From Macrostomum lignano (taxonomy: Eukaryota), in the NCBI GenBank assembly GCA_002269645.1, contig NIVC01004215.1, positions 1-54,551 of the forward strand: a stretch of DNA of 54,551 bases, given 5' to 3'. Below, one piece after another: positions 1-11,034 of this stretch. The translations under genes were made by a program, and so were the position numbers. Below the pieces are notes generated by a model, which was given only the letters and a program-made list of their open reading frames with translations, was not told where the DNA came from and made no database searches. Numbering within the stretch: position 1 is the first letter of the stretch; each line of letters opens with the position of its first letter.

Positions 1-821
1 CAGTGTTCTGCACAGCAAAGTTGCCCACAGCAAAGAAACTCCAATTTTAGACTATACGAAGTTTCACTGCCACGAAGTCCCAGAACAAACTTATTTTGTT
101 ACCCTTTTGCTTTGCCCATCATAGTATAATATCAAACTTGTGGGTGTAATCCCGTGCATTGACAACTTTAGTGATTTTGCTTAAATCATTTTGAATCCGC
201 AGAAGATTAAAGGAATAAACAAAAACATTTTACAGCCTTAAAAGATTGCTTTTAAAACGTATCTTAATTCTAAACACAGATTCTACACAGTAGTCAACGT
301 AGACGTTCAATGCTAACACACGATCAGGGAATCAAACGAATCCTCTTGCTAACCCAATTCTCCATAGTAAGAGAGTTGTTACTTTTTAATTTTTTCTTCT
401 TAATTAAACTTCAGCTGCTAATTAAAAAATCATAACCATACATCAAAGCTTAAAACCACGTCAACTGTGTTATCGTAGTATAACAAAACGCAATGACGCG
501 AGGTATTAGTTGACAAAGAAGATTTTTGCCCTCAGCATATTTTGGCCCCGCTCGCAGCTGTAAGAATACCGGTGAATTTTTACTAACCAGCTTTACAGCA
601 AGTCAACAAGTCAACGTAGGAGTATTTCTCATGCATTGACTTTCTTTTTAGACATTCTTTAGAGACACTAAAAACTGTAAATAAGTACCACTGATATGTG
701 ACATTTAGTACCTACATCACTAACTTCATTCGATGTTTCTCCACCCAAAGTAGGTCTCTTGCTGCTAAACTTTATTAGTTAAAGCCAGCACACAAAACAA
801 CCAACTGAACTGAATCCACAG

Positions 822-1229
822 ACAAGCTGAGCTTCAACACGTGCTTCCAGACCTCGACGGGATGGAACGGAGTCTGCAAGCGAGCCATGGATGGAAACAA
901 AAACCAGGATTACGGCAAGCACTCCTGCACCCACACTAAAGCCCCTGGCGGATTCTGGCAAGGAAGCTTTACCAGACCCGCTCACATCAAGGAGGTCGTC
1001 ATCTACAACAGGCTCGACTGTTGCTCCAACCTACTCAACAACTTCGACATCATCGTGGACGGACAGGTGTGCGCCAGACACAGGTCCAGCACGTTCTTCT
1101 CAGTGAAGAGATTCAAGTGCGACAAGGTCGGTCAGAATGTCATCATCAGGACAAATCTGAAGAAGTACCTCACTCTGTGCGAGGTCGAAGTGTTCGGAGA
1201 GTACACCAAGCTGGCCGCTAAGAGATCTG
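822..1229 (+). CDS. F-type lectin domain exon A1 (intact, 408 nt)
   Basis: Acceptor CCACAG|AC; reads KLSFNTCFQTSTGWNGVCKRAMDGNKNQDYGKHSCTHT...NRLDCCSNLL...LTLCEVEVFG; donor G|GTGAGT at 1230. Confidence 0.88.
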
Positions 1230-4200
1230 GTGAGTGAGAAATAATTATTGCGTGATACATTTCAGTAGAGAGTATATGAGTGATTGCTGACTCAATTGCA
1301 GATATGCTGCCTCTGAGCCATTGCTCTCAGAGCTCTGTCGGCTGGAGCGGCGTCTGCAGCAGAGCCATCGATGGAAACACCAACCAGAACTACTGGGGAC
1401 ACTCGTGCACTCACACAAAGCTGGAGAGCGGCTGGTGGATGGCCAAGACTCAGAAGCTGGCTCACATCAAGGAGATCTCTTCAACAGACTCGACTGCTGC
1501 TTTGATAGACTCACAAACTTTGTGGTCACGGTGGACGGTCACGTGTGCGGCTCGTACCACTCTCACAGCGTCTTCAAGGTGACGACGTTCAGGTGCAACA
1601 GAGTAGGCAGGGTCGTGATGATCCGCAGTCGCAAGAGGACCTACCTGACTCTATGCGAAGTTCAGGTGTTCGGATCGTACACAAAGAGATCCACAGGCAG
1701 TAAGTTGATAAATTTTTTTTTCATTTTACTAAAATGGGCCAATCTAAATTTTCACGTATAGATTTCATGACAGCAACTGCAGCTGCAAAAATAATTCCCA
1801 ACTTTTTTCTCCATGCAATTACTGTAACCAAAGTCATATCAATCGGCACAAAGTGGAAAGCGGCAAGCGAATATAAGATGTAAAAAACGGTACTCGTACG
1901 CTCGCACCGCTCTAATGGACCTTTAGTGTTGTGCGCTCGGTCTTCGTGGAGGTACGTCCTGGCAGTTGTTAGCACCCGCTCTGCTTGACACTGGCGCCCA
2001 GGTTTCATTGGTTCTACCCAGGTTCTAGCCTTCATATACCGGTATTGAAGTGAGCCTGATGCGTTTTGGTAACTCTGACGTGAAACAGCATGGTTTGAAA
2101 GTGGTTTTCATTTTACTGGCTCTAAAGTTTAGCGGCGAAACCAATGTGAGAAAGTTGCTCAACACGTTTGTGGACTTGCCAATGACTGCGAATGGAATGA
2201 AAATATGAAGACCTAGAAGCTGAAGCTGCTTGGGACAGGCGAAGCACAAATCTGCTCGGCGTACCCGTTACCGCACCTGCAGCACACTATGGATGCTCTG
2301 GTCGGGTGCTCCTGGTTCTTACCACCAGGTGAAGTTGGCGGAGGAGGACCTATATAATACGGCCTTCTATTCGACCCTTGGCCTCATGCAGTTTCGCAAA
2401 ATGGGCTTTGGAATGTAAACCGCCCCAGCGACGTTTCTGCGGCTCATGAAGCTGGTGATGTCGGGCCTATTTCTGGAACTTGCAGTGCTGACTTGCATCG
2501 AAGATGTCGTTCTCGTCATCAGGACCTTCGCCGAGCATCTGGTGAGGCTGGAGCGCCTTTTTCAGTGGCTGCGTGATGTGGGTCTCAAAATACACAAGGC
2601 AAAGAGCGTGTTCGGCCATAGCCAGCTGCTGTACCTGGGACAACTGATCAACGAGCAGGGCATTGCACCGAACCCTAGCAAGGTGGAGGTCATTCGCCAC
2701 ATGCCTAGTTCAAATTCGGCCGAAGAGGTCAAGCGGTCTCTCGGCATGGATTCTACGGCCGTTTCATCGAAGAGTTCAGCCAGACGGCGAGAGTCCTGCG
2801 CGAGGTCGGCGTGAAATCAACAGACTTCACATGGACCAGCGACTGCGAGCGAGCTTTCAAGGAACTGGAGAACTAGCTGACGATGGCTCCGGTTGTGAAA
2901 GTGCCGGGATTTCACCAGGTAGTTTGTGCTCAGCTGGGACAGCAGCCAGTTCGCCGTCAGCGCGGTACTCAGCCAGCTGCATGGGGACGCTAAGCTGCCG
3001 GTGGCGTTCGCCTCTCCCACCCTCAACAAGGCCGAGCGAGACTACCCGGCTACAGACCTGGAGCTGCTGGCACGGTTTGGATTCTGAAGCACGTCAGAAC
3101 GGACTTGCTGAGTGTACCGTGCTCTACAGTCTATTCGGACCACCGACCGCTGCAAGGTCGGCTGGTGACCAAGGACACGTATAGGGTCGGCTGGCACGGG
3201 GACTGTCGACTCTGTAGCAGTTCTTTTTCGAGTTGCGGTACCGGCCGTGCAGAGACAACGTGGTGCCGGATGCGTCAAGCCGGGTGGCCTGTACTCGTCT
3301 GCAGACTCGGTGGGACGACGATGGTGACCTGCACGAGGAACCCGACGCGTAATCGCATGCGACGTGCAACTCATATATCCTGAGCATGTGCGACACGTTC
3401 TCTAAGCGGATGGAGACGCAGCTTTTGTGACGATCGATCCCATCTGGTGCAGCACAGCGAACAGGGTCAGCAATTCCAGAGCGAGATGTTCAGCCGTCAC
3501 TGCTAGCGACTGGGCGTCAAGAAGATTCTCACAGACCGGAAGCTGTCGTACTGTACATTACTTGGTTCTATAACACCTCGGTGCACAGTACCACCCACAT
3601 CAGTCGTACAAGGTCTTTCACGGCTGGCTCTTGACAGCTGACAAATGAACGACGACCTGCCGACAGCGGACGGCAGACATCACGGCTTTCTGCCGCGGAC
3701 TCAAGAAAAATCATCAGAGCGCCTGAACCATGATCCCACCATGACTGTCAGTTCGTGTCAATTGAGGAGGGCCTACTCGTGATGCTCCGCTCGCAACTTC
3801 GTCATAAAGCGCAGGCATACGCGGTGCCTGAGCGACAAGTGGAAAGGTCGTACCGAGTCTCGAGGCGCTTGGGCAAGGTCAACTACCACATCCAAGAAAA
3901 GGAGGCGCAGGCACAGGCTGGTGGTGCTAATATAGCTTGACGTAATCTACGATTCTCGAAAGGAAATCCCAAGCACTTTTTAAATATTGGACAAGACTTT
4001 TAGACAAGACTTTTAGACGAGACACTTTTAGACAAGGATAAACTGCGCGTCTGGTGTCACTAATATGTGAAATTTAGTACCCAAAAAGCAAACTTCATTT
4101 GATGTTTCACAACCCAAAGTAGGTCTTTCGCTACTAAACTTTATCAGTTAAAGCCAGCACAGAAAAACAATCAACTGAAGGAGATAATAAACATGTTTTA

Positions 4201-7200
4201 ATGCCGATGCATTTCGTCACCCAATGGACATCCTCAGGGCTTACTAAATTTATTAAACGAAATTAAATTTTGCTCTAATACATAGACTTGAACAATCAAC
4301 TATTTGACAGGAGTAAAAATTAAGTGCATAACAGGGTAACACTAGTTTGGGTGAAAGGCGTGGTACAAATCAAAATAGTCCAGTCTGGTTATTGAGCGAG
4401 CTAAAAAATGTTGAAGCTGACGGCTAGCACCGCCCCCATGGCAAGCTGATGGTTCAGAGTAGGTTGTTGGGCCTTGATGTGCATAGCCTCTAATAAGCTA
4501 AGTTTGTTATCGTTCTTACAAAATTCAATAGTCTCACGTCAATATATAAGAGAAGAGGGGGCCGTAGCCCTGCGGTCTAGCGCAGGCTCTCGTGTGCCAG
4601 CGACCCAGGCTCGATTCCAAGTGCAGTCAAATTAATTTGGGGCTGAATTGGAATCTCGGCTTGGCTCTGCTCGTGCAATTAACGGCCTTGAGGGCCAACC
4701 CCCCAATGCGCAGTGAAGTGTACATGCCTAACGATAAAATAAAGTTAGGGCCGCTGTACACTCCTGTGTGGGTGTGTGCCTGCGTAGGTATCCGCGCGCT
4801 TGTGTGCCTGCTCAGGGGAGTCGGCGGAATGGGTGGTAATGCCTCTCGCCGGTTGTGTGTCTGTGCCGCTTAAAGTGCGCCAGGGTGCACACAACCCCCT
4901 GCCTCTAATAAAAAAAACAATATATAAGAGCGAAATTTCATTTCCTTTAATACATTTGGTAAGCCCTGACGATATCCATTATGGCAGTATGCATCGGCAT
5001 TAAAACATGTTGATTATCTCCTCCATTTATTTACTGTTTATTAAGCGAGCTTCATTACCAACCAACTGAACTGAATCCACAGACAAGCTGAGCTTCAACA
5101 CGTGCTTCCAGACCTCGACGGGATGGAACGGAGTCTGCAAGCGAGCCATGGATGGAAACAAAAACCAGGATTACGGCAAGCACTCCTGCACCCACACTAA
5201 AGCCCCTGGCGGATTCTGGCAAGGAAGCTAAGCTTTACCAGACCCGCTCACATCAAGGAGGTCGTCATCTACAACAGACTCGACTGTTGCTCCAACCGAC
5301 TCAACAACTTCGACATCATCGTGGACGGACAGGTGTGCGCCAGACACAGGTCCAGCACGTTCTTCTCGGTGAAGAGATTCAAGTGCGACAAGGTCGGTCA
5401 GAATGTCATCATCAGGAACAATCTGAAGAAGTACCTCACTCTGTGCGAGGTCGAAGTGTTCGGAGAGTACACCAAGCTGGCGCTAAGAGATCTGGTGAGT
5501 GGGAAATAATTATTGCGTGATACATTTCAGTAGAGAGTATTATGAGTGGTTACTGACCCAACTGCAGATATGCTGCCTCTGAGCCATTGCTCTCAGAGCT
5601 CTGTCGGCTGGAACGGCGTCTGCAGCAGAGCCATCGATGGAAACACCAACCAGTACTACTGGGGACACTCGTGCACTCACACGAAGCTGGAGAGCGGCTG
5701 GTGGATGGCCAAGACTCAGAAGCTGGCTCACATCAAGGAGATCAAGATCTTCAACAGACTCGACTGCTGTTCTAATCGACTCACAAACTTTGTGGTCACG
5801 GTGGACGGTCACGTGTGCGGCTCGTACAACTCTCGCGGTGTCTTCAAGGTGAAAACGTTCAGGTGTAATAAAGTCGGCAAGGTCGTGATGATCAGAAGTC
5901 GCAAGAGGACTTACCTGACTCTATGCGAAGTTCAGGTTTTCGGATTGTACACAAAGAGATCCACAGGCAGTAAGTTGATAAGTCTTTCTTTTTCGTTTTA
6001 CTAAAATGGACCAATCTAAATTTTCAGGTATATAATCACGTTTAACCTGATAGTTTTAAAAGGATGTCCATAGTTATCTGATGCCACATGTTGAAGGTGC
6101 CGACGGTGTTGTGGTGATGATGGAATGCTCGAGAGACCAGCTGAGGGTGTCCAGAAGTTGAGGTTTGCTCACTGTCGAGGCATGATCGGCGAAACTCGTG
6201 AAATTTGTATCAGGGTGTTCATAGTCACCTGGTGCCACCTGTTAATGGTCTAGAAGCTCCGTCTCGGTGAAGGCCAGTGACTAACGAAGTCAGAGCTGAT
6301 GCAGACACATGTGATCAACGTACTGATGAAAGTTGGAGTCTTGGCAAGGCTGCGCTGAGGCACAGTGCTGATTGGCGTACAGGGGTATACTGAATAATAC
6401 ATTAGCGCTTATGGAAAAAATTAAATCTTCTGGCAGAATCGTCGAATATCTCGACGGTCCGGAGGGCTGGCGATTTGATTTTTGTTTCAAAAGGTGCGCA
6501 ACAAAAAGTTAGCCGGTGTTTTTGAATTTCGTGTGCCTGCGTTGCTTCGTTCCGGCGCAGCAAGAAATTGTCGGGGGGGGGGGGAAGCAGTCAAAGTGTA
6601 ACATTGCAAACAGGTAAAGATGACGCAGTTAGTGACCATCATTTGGAATGCATTCTTTCAACATTGGAAGGCACTTTCGTCAAATTTGCACGCCATACTT
6701 CACCAAGGCAACTTCTTCTTGCCAGCGCCCACAACGCTGCGGCTGCAGCTGGGGGTAGGCGCCTAGAGGCGCCCTAGGGCACGCAGAATTTTGATGACCG
6801 CCACCGGATGGGCAAGCAGGTCATCCCGAACATCCGGGTCCAGCTGGCCCCTGACGCGATCGGCGCGGGGGCACTCGTGCAGAAGATGATCCTCGTTGTC
6901 CACGGCCACGCAATCGCGGCAGGGAGGGTCGGTTTCAATGCCGATTCGGTGGCGAGTGGCTGCAGCCAGCATGGAAGCTCCGGCCCGCAGCTGGTTCACA
7001 GCGACCGCCTCGGTGCGAGTCAGGTTGGTCGGAAGGGGTGGCCAGGGATCGGTCGCAAAGAATTTCCGATCTTTGGTGCGGCGGTCCCGCTTGATCGCCG
7101 CTTTGGCCGCTTGGAAGGTAATGGGAGCCGCAGTAGCGCCGTTGAGGTTTACCGCTCTGTTGGCCGCCCTGTCGGGGACTTCATTGCCGGAGATACAGCA

Positions 7201-9828
7201 GTGGGCCGGCACCCAGATCAGTTCATAGGAGCGGTTGCTGGCAGCTAGCTCAAACCAGCAGTCCGCCGCCAGCTGGGTGGACTGGGTGAGGGCCCCAGTG
7301 TCCAGCTTTGAGAGCCGCCAGCGAGTCGGAGTGGACACGGACCGTCTGTCCAAAACCTGGGTGCAGCTCGGCCGTGATCTGGATGGCAGTGCGGATGGCA
7401 GTCAGTTCTGCTTGAGTGGAGCTGGTGAGAATGCCGGCTGGACTAGTGACGACCTGGTGCCACAGCTTGGTGATTATCACAGCCGCGCTCCTACTGTTAG
7501 TAGTGCCCTCCGATGCTGAGCCGTCCGTCCAGACTTCAATGTCCGGCGTCGCAAGGTCGGCGAGGTAGGCGACGGCACGATCCCGCTTCAGGTCATGCAG
7601 GGTGCTGTGTCCGCAGGAGGCGGTGAGGTCCAGCTGGATCGTCAGGTTCGTCGGGACGTTTGTCGGATCTAGCCGGCGCGGCGGATGCGTCTCCCGGTTG
7701 TGGGAGTCCAGCGTGGGGGTGGACGGTAGCCGAGGTTAGCCGCTCGTTCCGCAGCAATGTGGCCGATGGGCGGAAGGTTGGTGGTGGCCAGGTTAGTGGC
7801 ACGGGTCGGAGTGATGCAGCCCGAGATGATGCGGGCGCAGCAATTCTGTTGTTGTTGGACCAAGGCAACTGCTGCTGATGCTGATGCTGCTGCTGTGGGT
7901 GATATTTTATGGAGGCTACGGAAGCCTTAGAGCAGTCTAGTGAGAAATTCTAACAACTGTCCACAATACTAATGTTGGCCAACTCTGCAGTTTTACGAGC
8001 GTAACAGTGGATGAGGAAGATAGACTGGCAATGCAGAATGGTTTGTACAAGCAAAAAAACGATACAATACAATCATAACCTAATATATTAGTTACACCAT
8101 GTCAATTTAAACACTATGTTTTACTTAAACCCACCTTGACAGAGGCAGAGCCTAGGGTTTGCCAAAGCATGCTTTAGAGTTTAGGCAGACGCTGCCTTTC
8201 ATTCAATGATAGCCTCCAATCTTCATTGGCTAAATAACAAATTTATTACCATTTTCGTTTAAACCTACATGTGTGTCCCAACTATACTAAGTTATGACTT
8301 CAGATTTACGAATTTATTAACAAAATTCTCCTCTTTCCTACAAGCGTCTATTCAGATACAAAATTTATCATATAGCCCAGGTACCAGACCGACAAGCAAC
8401 CAGACCTACTGTTTTAGAAGTACATGTACCACTAATTTGTGAAATTGAGTACATACAAAGCAAACTTCATTTGATGTTTCACAACCAAAAGTAGGTCTCT
8501 TGTTGCTAAACTTTATTAGTTAAAGCCAGCACACAAAACAAACCAACTGAACTGAATCCACAGACAAGCTGAGCTTCAACACGTGCTTCCAGACATCGAC
8601 GGGATGGAACGGAGTCTGCAAGCGAGCCATGGATGGAAACAAAAACCAGGATTACGGCAAGCACTCCTGCACCCACACTAAAGCCCCTGGCGGATTCTGG
8701 CAAGGAAGCTTTACCAGACCCGCTCACATCAAGGAGGTCGTCATCTACAACAGGCTCGACTGTTGCTCCAACCTACTCAACAACTTCGACATCATCGTGG
8801 ACGGACAGGTGTGCGCCAGACACAGGTCCAGCACGTTCTTCTCGGTGAAGAGATTCAAGTGCAACAAGGTCGGTCAGAATGTCATCATCAGGAACAATCT
8901 GAAGAAGTGGTTCACTCTGTGCGAGGTCGAAGTGTTCGGAGAGTACACTAAGCTGGCAGCTAAGAGATCTGGTGAGTGGGAAATAATTATTGCGTGATGC
9001 ATTTCAGTAGAGAGTATTATGAGTGAATACTGACTCAATTGCAGATATTTTGCCTCTGAGCCGTTGCTCTCAGAGCTCTGTCGGCTGGAACGGCGTCTGC
9101 AGCAAAGCCATCGATGGAAACACCAACCAGAACTACTGGGGACACTCGTGCACTCACACGAAGCTGGAGAGCGGCTGGTGGATGGCCAAGACTCAGAAGC
9201 TGGCTCACATCAAGGAGATCAAGATCTTCAACAGACTCGACTGCTGCTTTGATAGACTCACAAACTTTGTGGTCACGGTGGACGGTCACGTGTGCGGCTC
9301 GTACCACTCTCACAGCGTCTTCAAGGTGACGACGTTCAGGTGCAACAGAGTAGGCAGGGTCGTGATGATCAGCAGTCGCAAGAAAACTTACCTGACTCTA
9401 TGCGAAGTTCAGGTGTTCGGTGATTATTTCAAGAAACGGCCCAAGTTTAGTGAGTCTTTTTCTCTTATTTCTATTTTCTCTTAGTGAGCTTTTGTGAGCT
9501 ATGATAGTAACTATGAAGTACTTTGCTTCTACTTTCAGAGTATCTTGGCTGCTTCTATGACAGCAAGGAGTACCCGCAATTTTCCATTAAAGCGGCTTCA
9601 AGCAGAAAAATGACGCAGCGCAAGTGCAACCGGTTCTGCAAGTCCCGCGGCACTACTTACTTTGCAGTGCAGTCCGGCAGTCGGTGCTTCTGCGGCGAAA
9701 ACTACATTTACGGCAATGGAGAAGCGGAGGACGGAGACTGCAACGTGCCGTGCTCTGGAGACTCAGGAATCAAGTGCGGCGGCAAAATGCGGAACGCCGT
9801 GTTCGAGGTGGATAAAAACGTGTCGTGA
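822..9828 (+). CDS. Multi-domain F-type lectin (fucolectin/FTP) + C-terminal WSC protein, 5'-partial; exons A1 822-1229, B1 1302-1699 (frameshifted), A2 5083-5494 (frameshifted), B2 5568-5969, A3 8564-8971, B3 9045-9449, WSC 9539-9828
   Basis: Six exons encode FTP-domain motifs (A-x-DG-N...SCTHT...W...I-x-NRLDCC...LTLCEV-x-VFG). All are flanked by AG/GT in phase 1-1. No start or signal-peptide exon is seen in the window. Confidence 0.85.
1302..1699 (+). pseudogene. F-type lectin domain exon B1 with 4-bp deletion frameshift
   Basis: GAGATC-TCTTCAAC at ~1472 versus GAGATC-AAGA-TCTTCAAC in B2/B3; length 398 vs 402 nt; splice sites intact. Confidence 0.85.
2050..3940 (+). mobile_element. Degenerate Ty3/Gypsy LTR-retrotransposon pol fragment (RT, RNase H, integrase)
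   Basis: YHQV...TAF..T.GL.QF..M.FG, APATF.RLM, CIEDVVL (YxDD-like), LYLGQ.I...GI.PNPSKV, DSSQFAVSAVLSQ, PVAFAS..LNKAERDY..TDLELLA, YSDHRPL, SEQGQQFQSEMF; many stops and frameshifts; LTRs not identified. Confidence 0.85.
4180..5021. mobile_element. Non-autonomous DNA transposon (MITE-like) with 33-bp TIRs
   Basis: 4180-4212 GGAGATAATAAACATGTTTTAATGCCGATGCAT is the reverse complement of 4989-5021 with 1 mismatch. It interrupts the intron segment that is contiguous upstream of A1 and A3. Confidence 0.8.
4553..4918 (+). mobile_element. tRNA-derived SINE with 12-bp TSD, nested in the MITE
   Basis: A-box-like TAGCCCTGCGG, B-box-like GGCTCGATTCC, A-rich tail AATAAAAAAAAAC; direct repeat AATATATAAGAG at 4541-4552 and 4919-4930. 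Confidence 0.75.
5083..5494 (+). pseudogene. F-type lectin domain exon A2 with 5-bp duplication and 1-bp deletion
   Basis: GGAAGCT-AAGCT-TTACC at ~5223 versus GGAAGCTTTACC in A1/A3; GGCGCT vs GGCCGCT near 5480; length 412 vs 408 nt. Confidence 0.85.
5568..5969 (+). CDS. F-type lectin domain exon B2 (intact, 402 nt)
   Basis: TGCAG|ATATG acceptor, A|GTAAGT donor; H-x25-RLD-x4-R fucose-binding-like motif (NRLDCCSNR). Confidence 0.88.
6080..6585 (-). mobile_element. Fragment of the repeat family also at 53823-54551 (inverted copy)
   Basis: Reverse complement aligns by eye with ~53895-54380 (e.g. CAGAATCGTCGAATATCTCGACGGTCCGGAGGGCTGGCGA). Confidence 0.75.
6714..7858 (-). mobile_element. 5'-truncated I-group non-LTR retrotransposon (RNase H + CCHC), with 12-bp TSD
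   Basis: Minus strand AELTAIRTAIQ, VHSDSLAAL, WVPAHCCISGNEVPDRAA (RNase H) and CRDC-x6-EDHLLHECP knuckle; (AAG)n tail at the 3' end; ACCAAGGCAACT at 6702-6713 and 7859-7870. Confidence 0.88.
8564..8971 (+). CDS. F-type lectin domain exon A3 (intact, 408 nt)
   Basis: Same acceptor/donor context as A1; open frame. Confidence 0.88.
9045..9449 (+). CDS. F-type lectin domain exon B3 (intact, 405 nt)
   Basis: TGCAG|ATAT acceptor, A|GTGAGT donor; NRLDCCFDR motif; distinct C-terminal linker DYFKKRPKF. Confidence 0.88.
9539..9828 (+). CDS. Terminal WSC (carbohydrate-binding) domain exon
   Basis: TTTCAG|AG; YLGCFYD...MT...C...C......YFAVQ.G..CFCG.........C...CSGD....CGG...NAVF, stop TGA; phase matches B3. 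Confidence 0.88.
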
Positions 9829-9876
9829 AGTTTTGTGAACGTGGCTACTCCTTGGAGTGGCTTGACAAGAAGCTAC

Positions 9877-9882
9877 AATAAA
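9877..9882 (+). terminator. Putative polyadenylation signal
   Basis: AATAAA ~50 nt after the WSC stop codon. Confidence 0.5.
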
Positions 9883-11034
9883 GTCTAAAATATAGTGTAA
9901 TGGTTTAGGTTAAACAACTAAATACTGGATTTTCGGTTTTATTCTCTACTTAATTAGAAACAGGTGAATTGTCAGTGGACTTGATTTAGTACCCGTGTTA
10001 TTTAATATACTACAACTGGTGATTAACATCTTGCATTGTCAATCAGACAGTCGTTTTTGTTTGTCTTTTCTCTTTACAATTTTTACTGCCGGATGTGTCT
10101 CTGTTGGTGCAAACAGAGCATCTTAATAACTAAACTGAACAGCTATGCATATGCTAAAACTTGACCACGAGCATTGGATGCACTTGATTACGAAAGAAAG
10201 CAAATGTAACGTCTCATATGGGAAATTTGACTTTCGCCTTTATGCAATCTACTGTGGGAGCCACCATGTGCCTGTCAGATATTGACTGGCATTGCATAAG
10301 ATGAAAACATTGTAAAAACTGTTTTTTTAATAATCAGCCAATGACCACTGTAGTATAACAGACCACAAGACTCAAGGATCGTGATTTTTTGGAAACCAAT
10401 ATCTTGGAAAAAGTACACTGCCAAGATAGTCAAAATCTGTTTTCTTCATTAAAAAAACACTAGCACAAAATCTTGATTTAATATTCAAGAAAGAACAAAT
10501 CAAAAGTTCAGCTACCAGTTATGATAAATTTAAGAATGGTAATTTACGAGCTATATTGTCTCAGTTCAATTGCCACCATTAACTACGCATTGAATCTTTG
10601 CAGTGTACTTTTTTTCAAAGAAACTGACTTCGGAAAAATACACGATCTTTTTTAGTTATAAGTCTTGTTATAATACAGCGGTCGTTGTTACGAGTATAAT
10701 GCGCTCCATTGCTTCTATAGATTTCAACTTTCTGGCGGTACAGACTATACTACAAGTCACGACACAAGCGGTACCATGCAGACTATACTTCTCTGCCGGC
10801 AGTCGAATAGTCCAAATTGAAAAGTTAAAAGTAAACAATTTCTTAGAATTTAAAGCTGAATGACTGCGAGTCGAGCATCTTGTCGAACTGTCCTGCGTTT
10901 TGCCATTTACTTATTTACATAAAAAATAGGTGAAGTATAAAATATCCACCATCCAATTTAACGATGAGTACCGTCGATAATAATATCGAGTCGCTGACTC
11001 TAATAGGCAGATGTGCAACTGACAGCTCAGTCGC

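Noticed and set aside
1770-2050. LTR of the Gypsy element
   Set aside because: A TGTAAC start is present, but no second copy, PBS or TSD was found.
6300-6360. Hammerhead ribozyme at CTGATGA (~6323)
   Set aside because: No properly placed GAAA or stem II/III.
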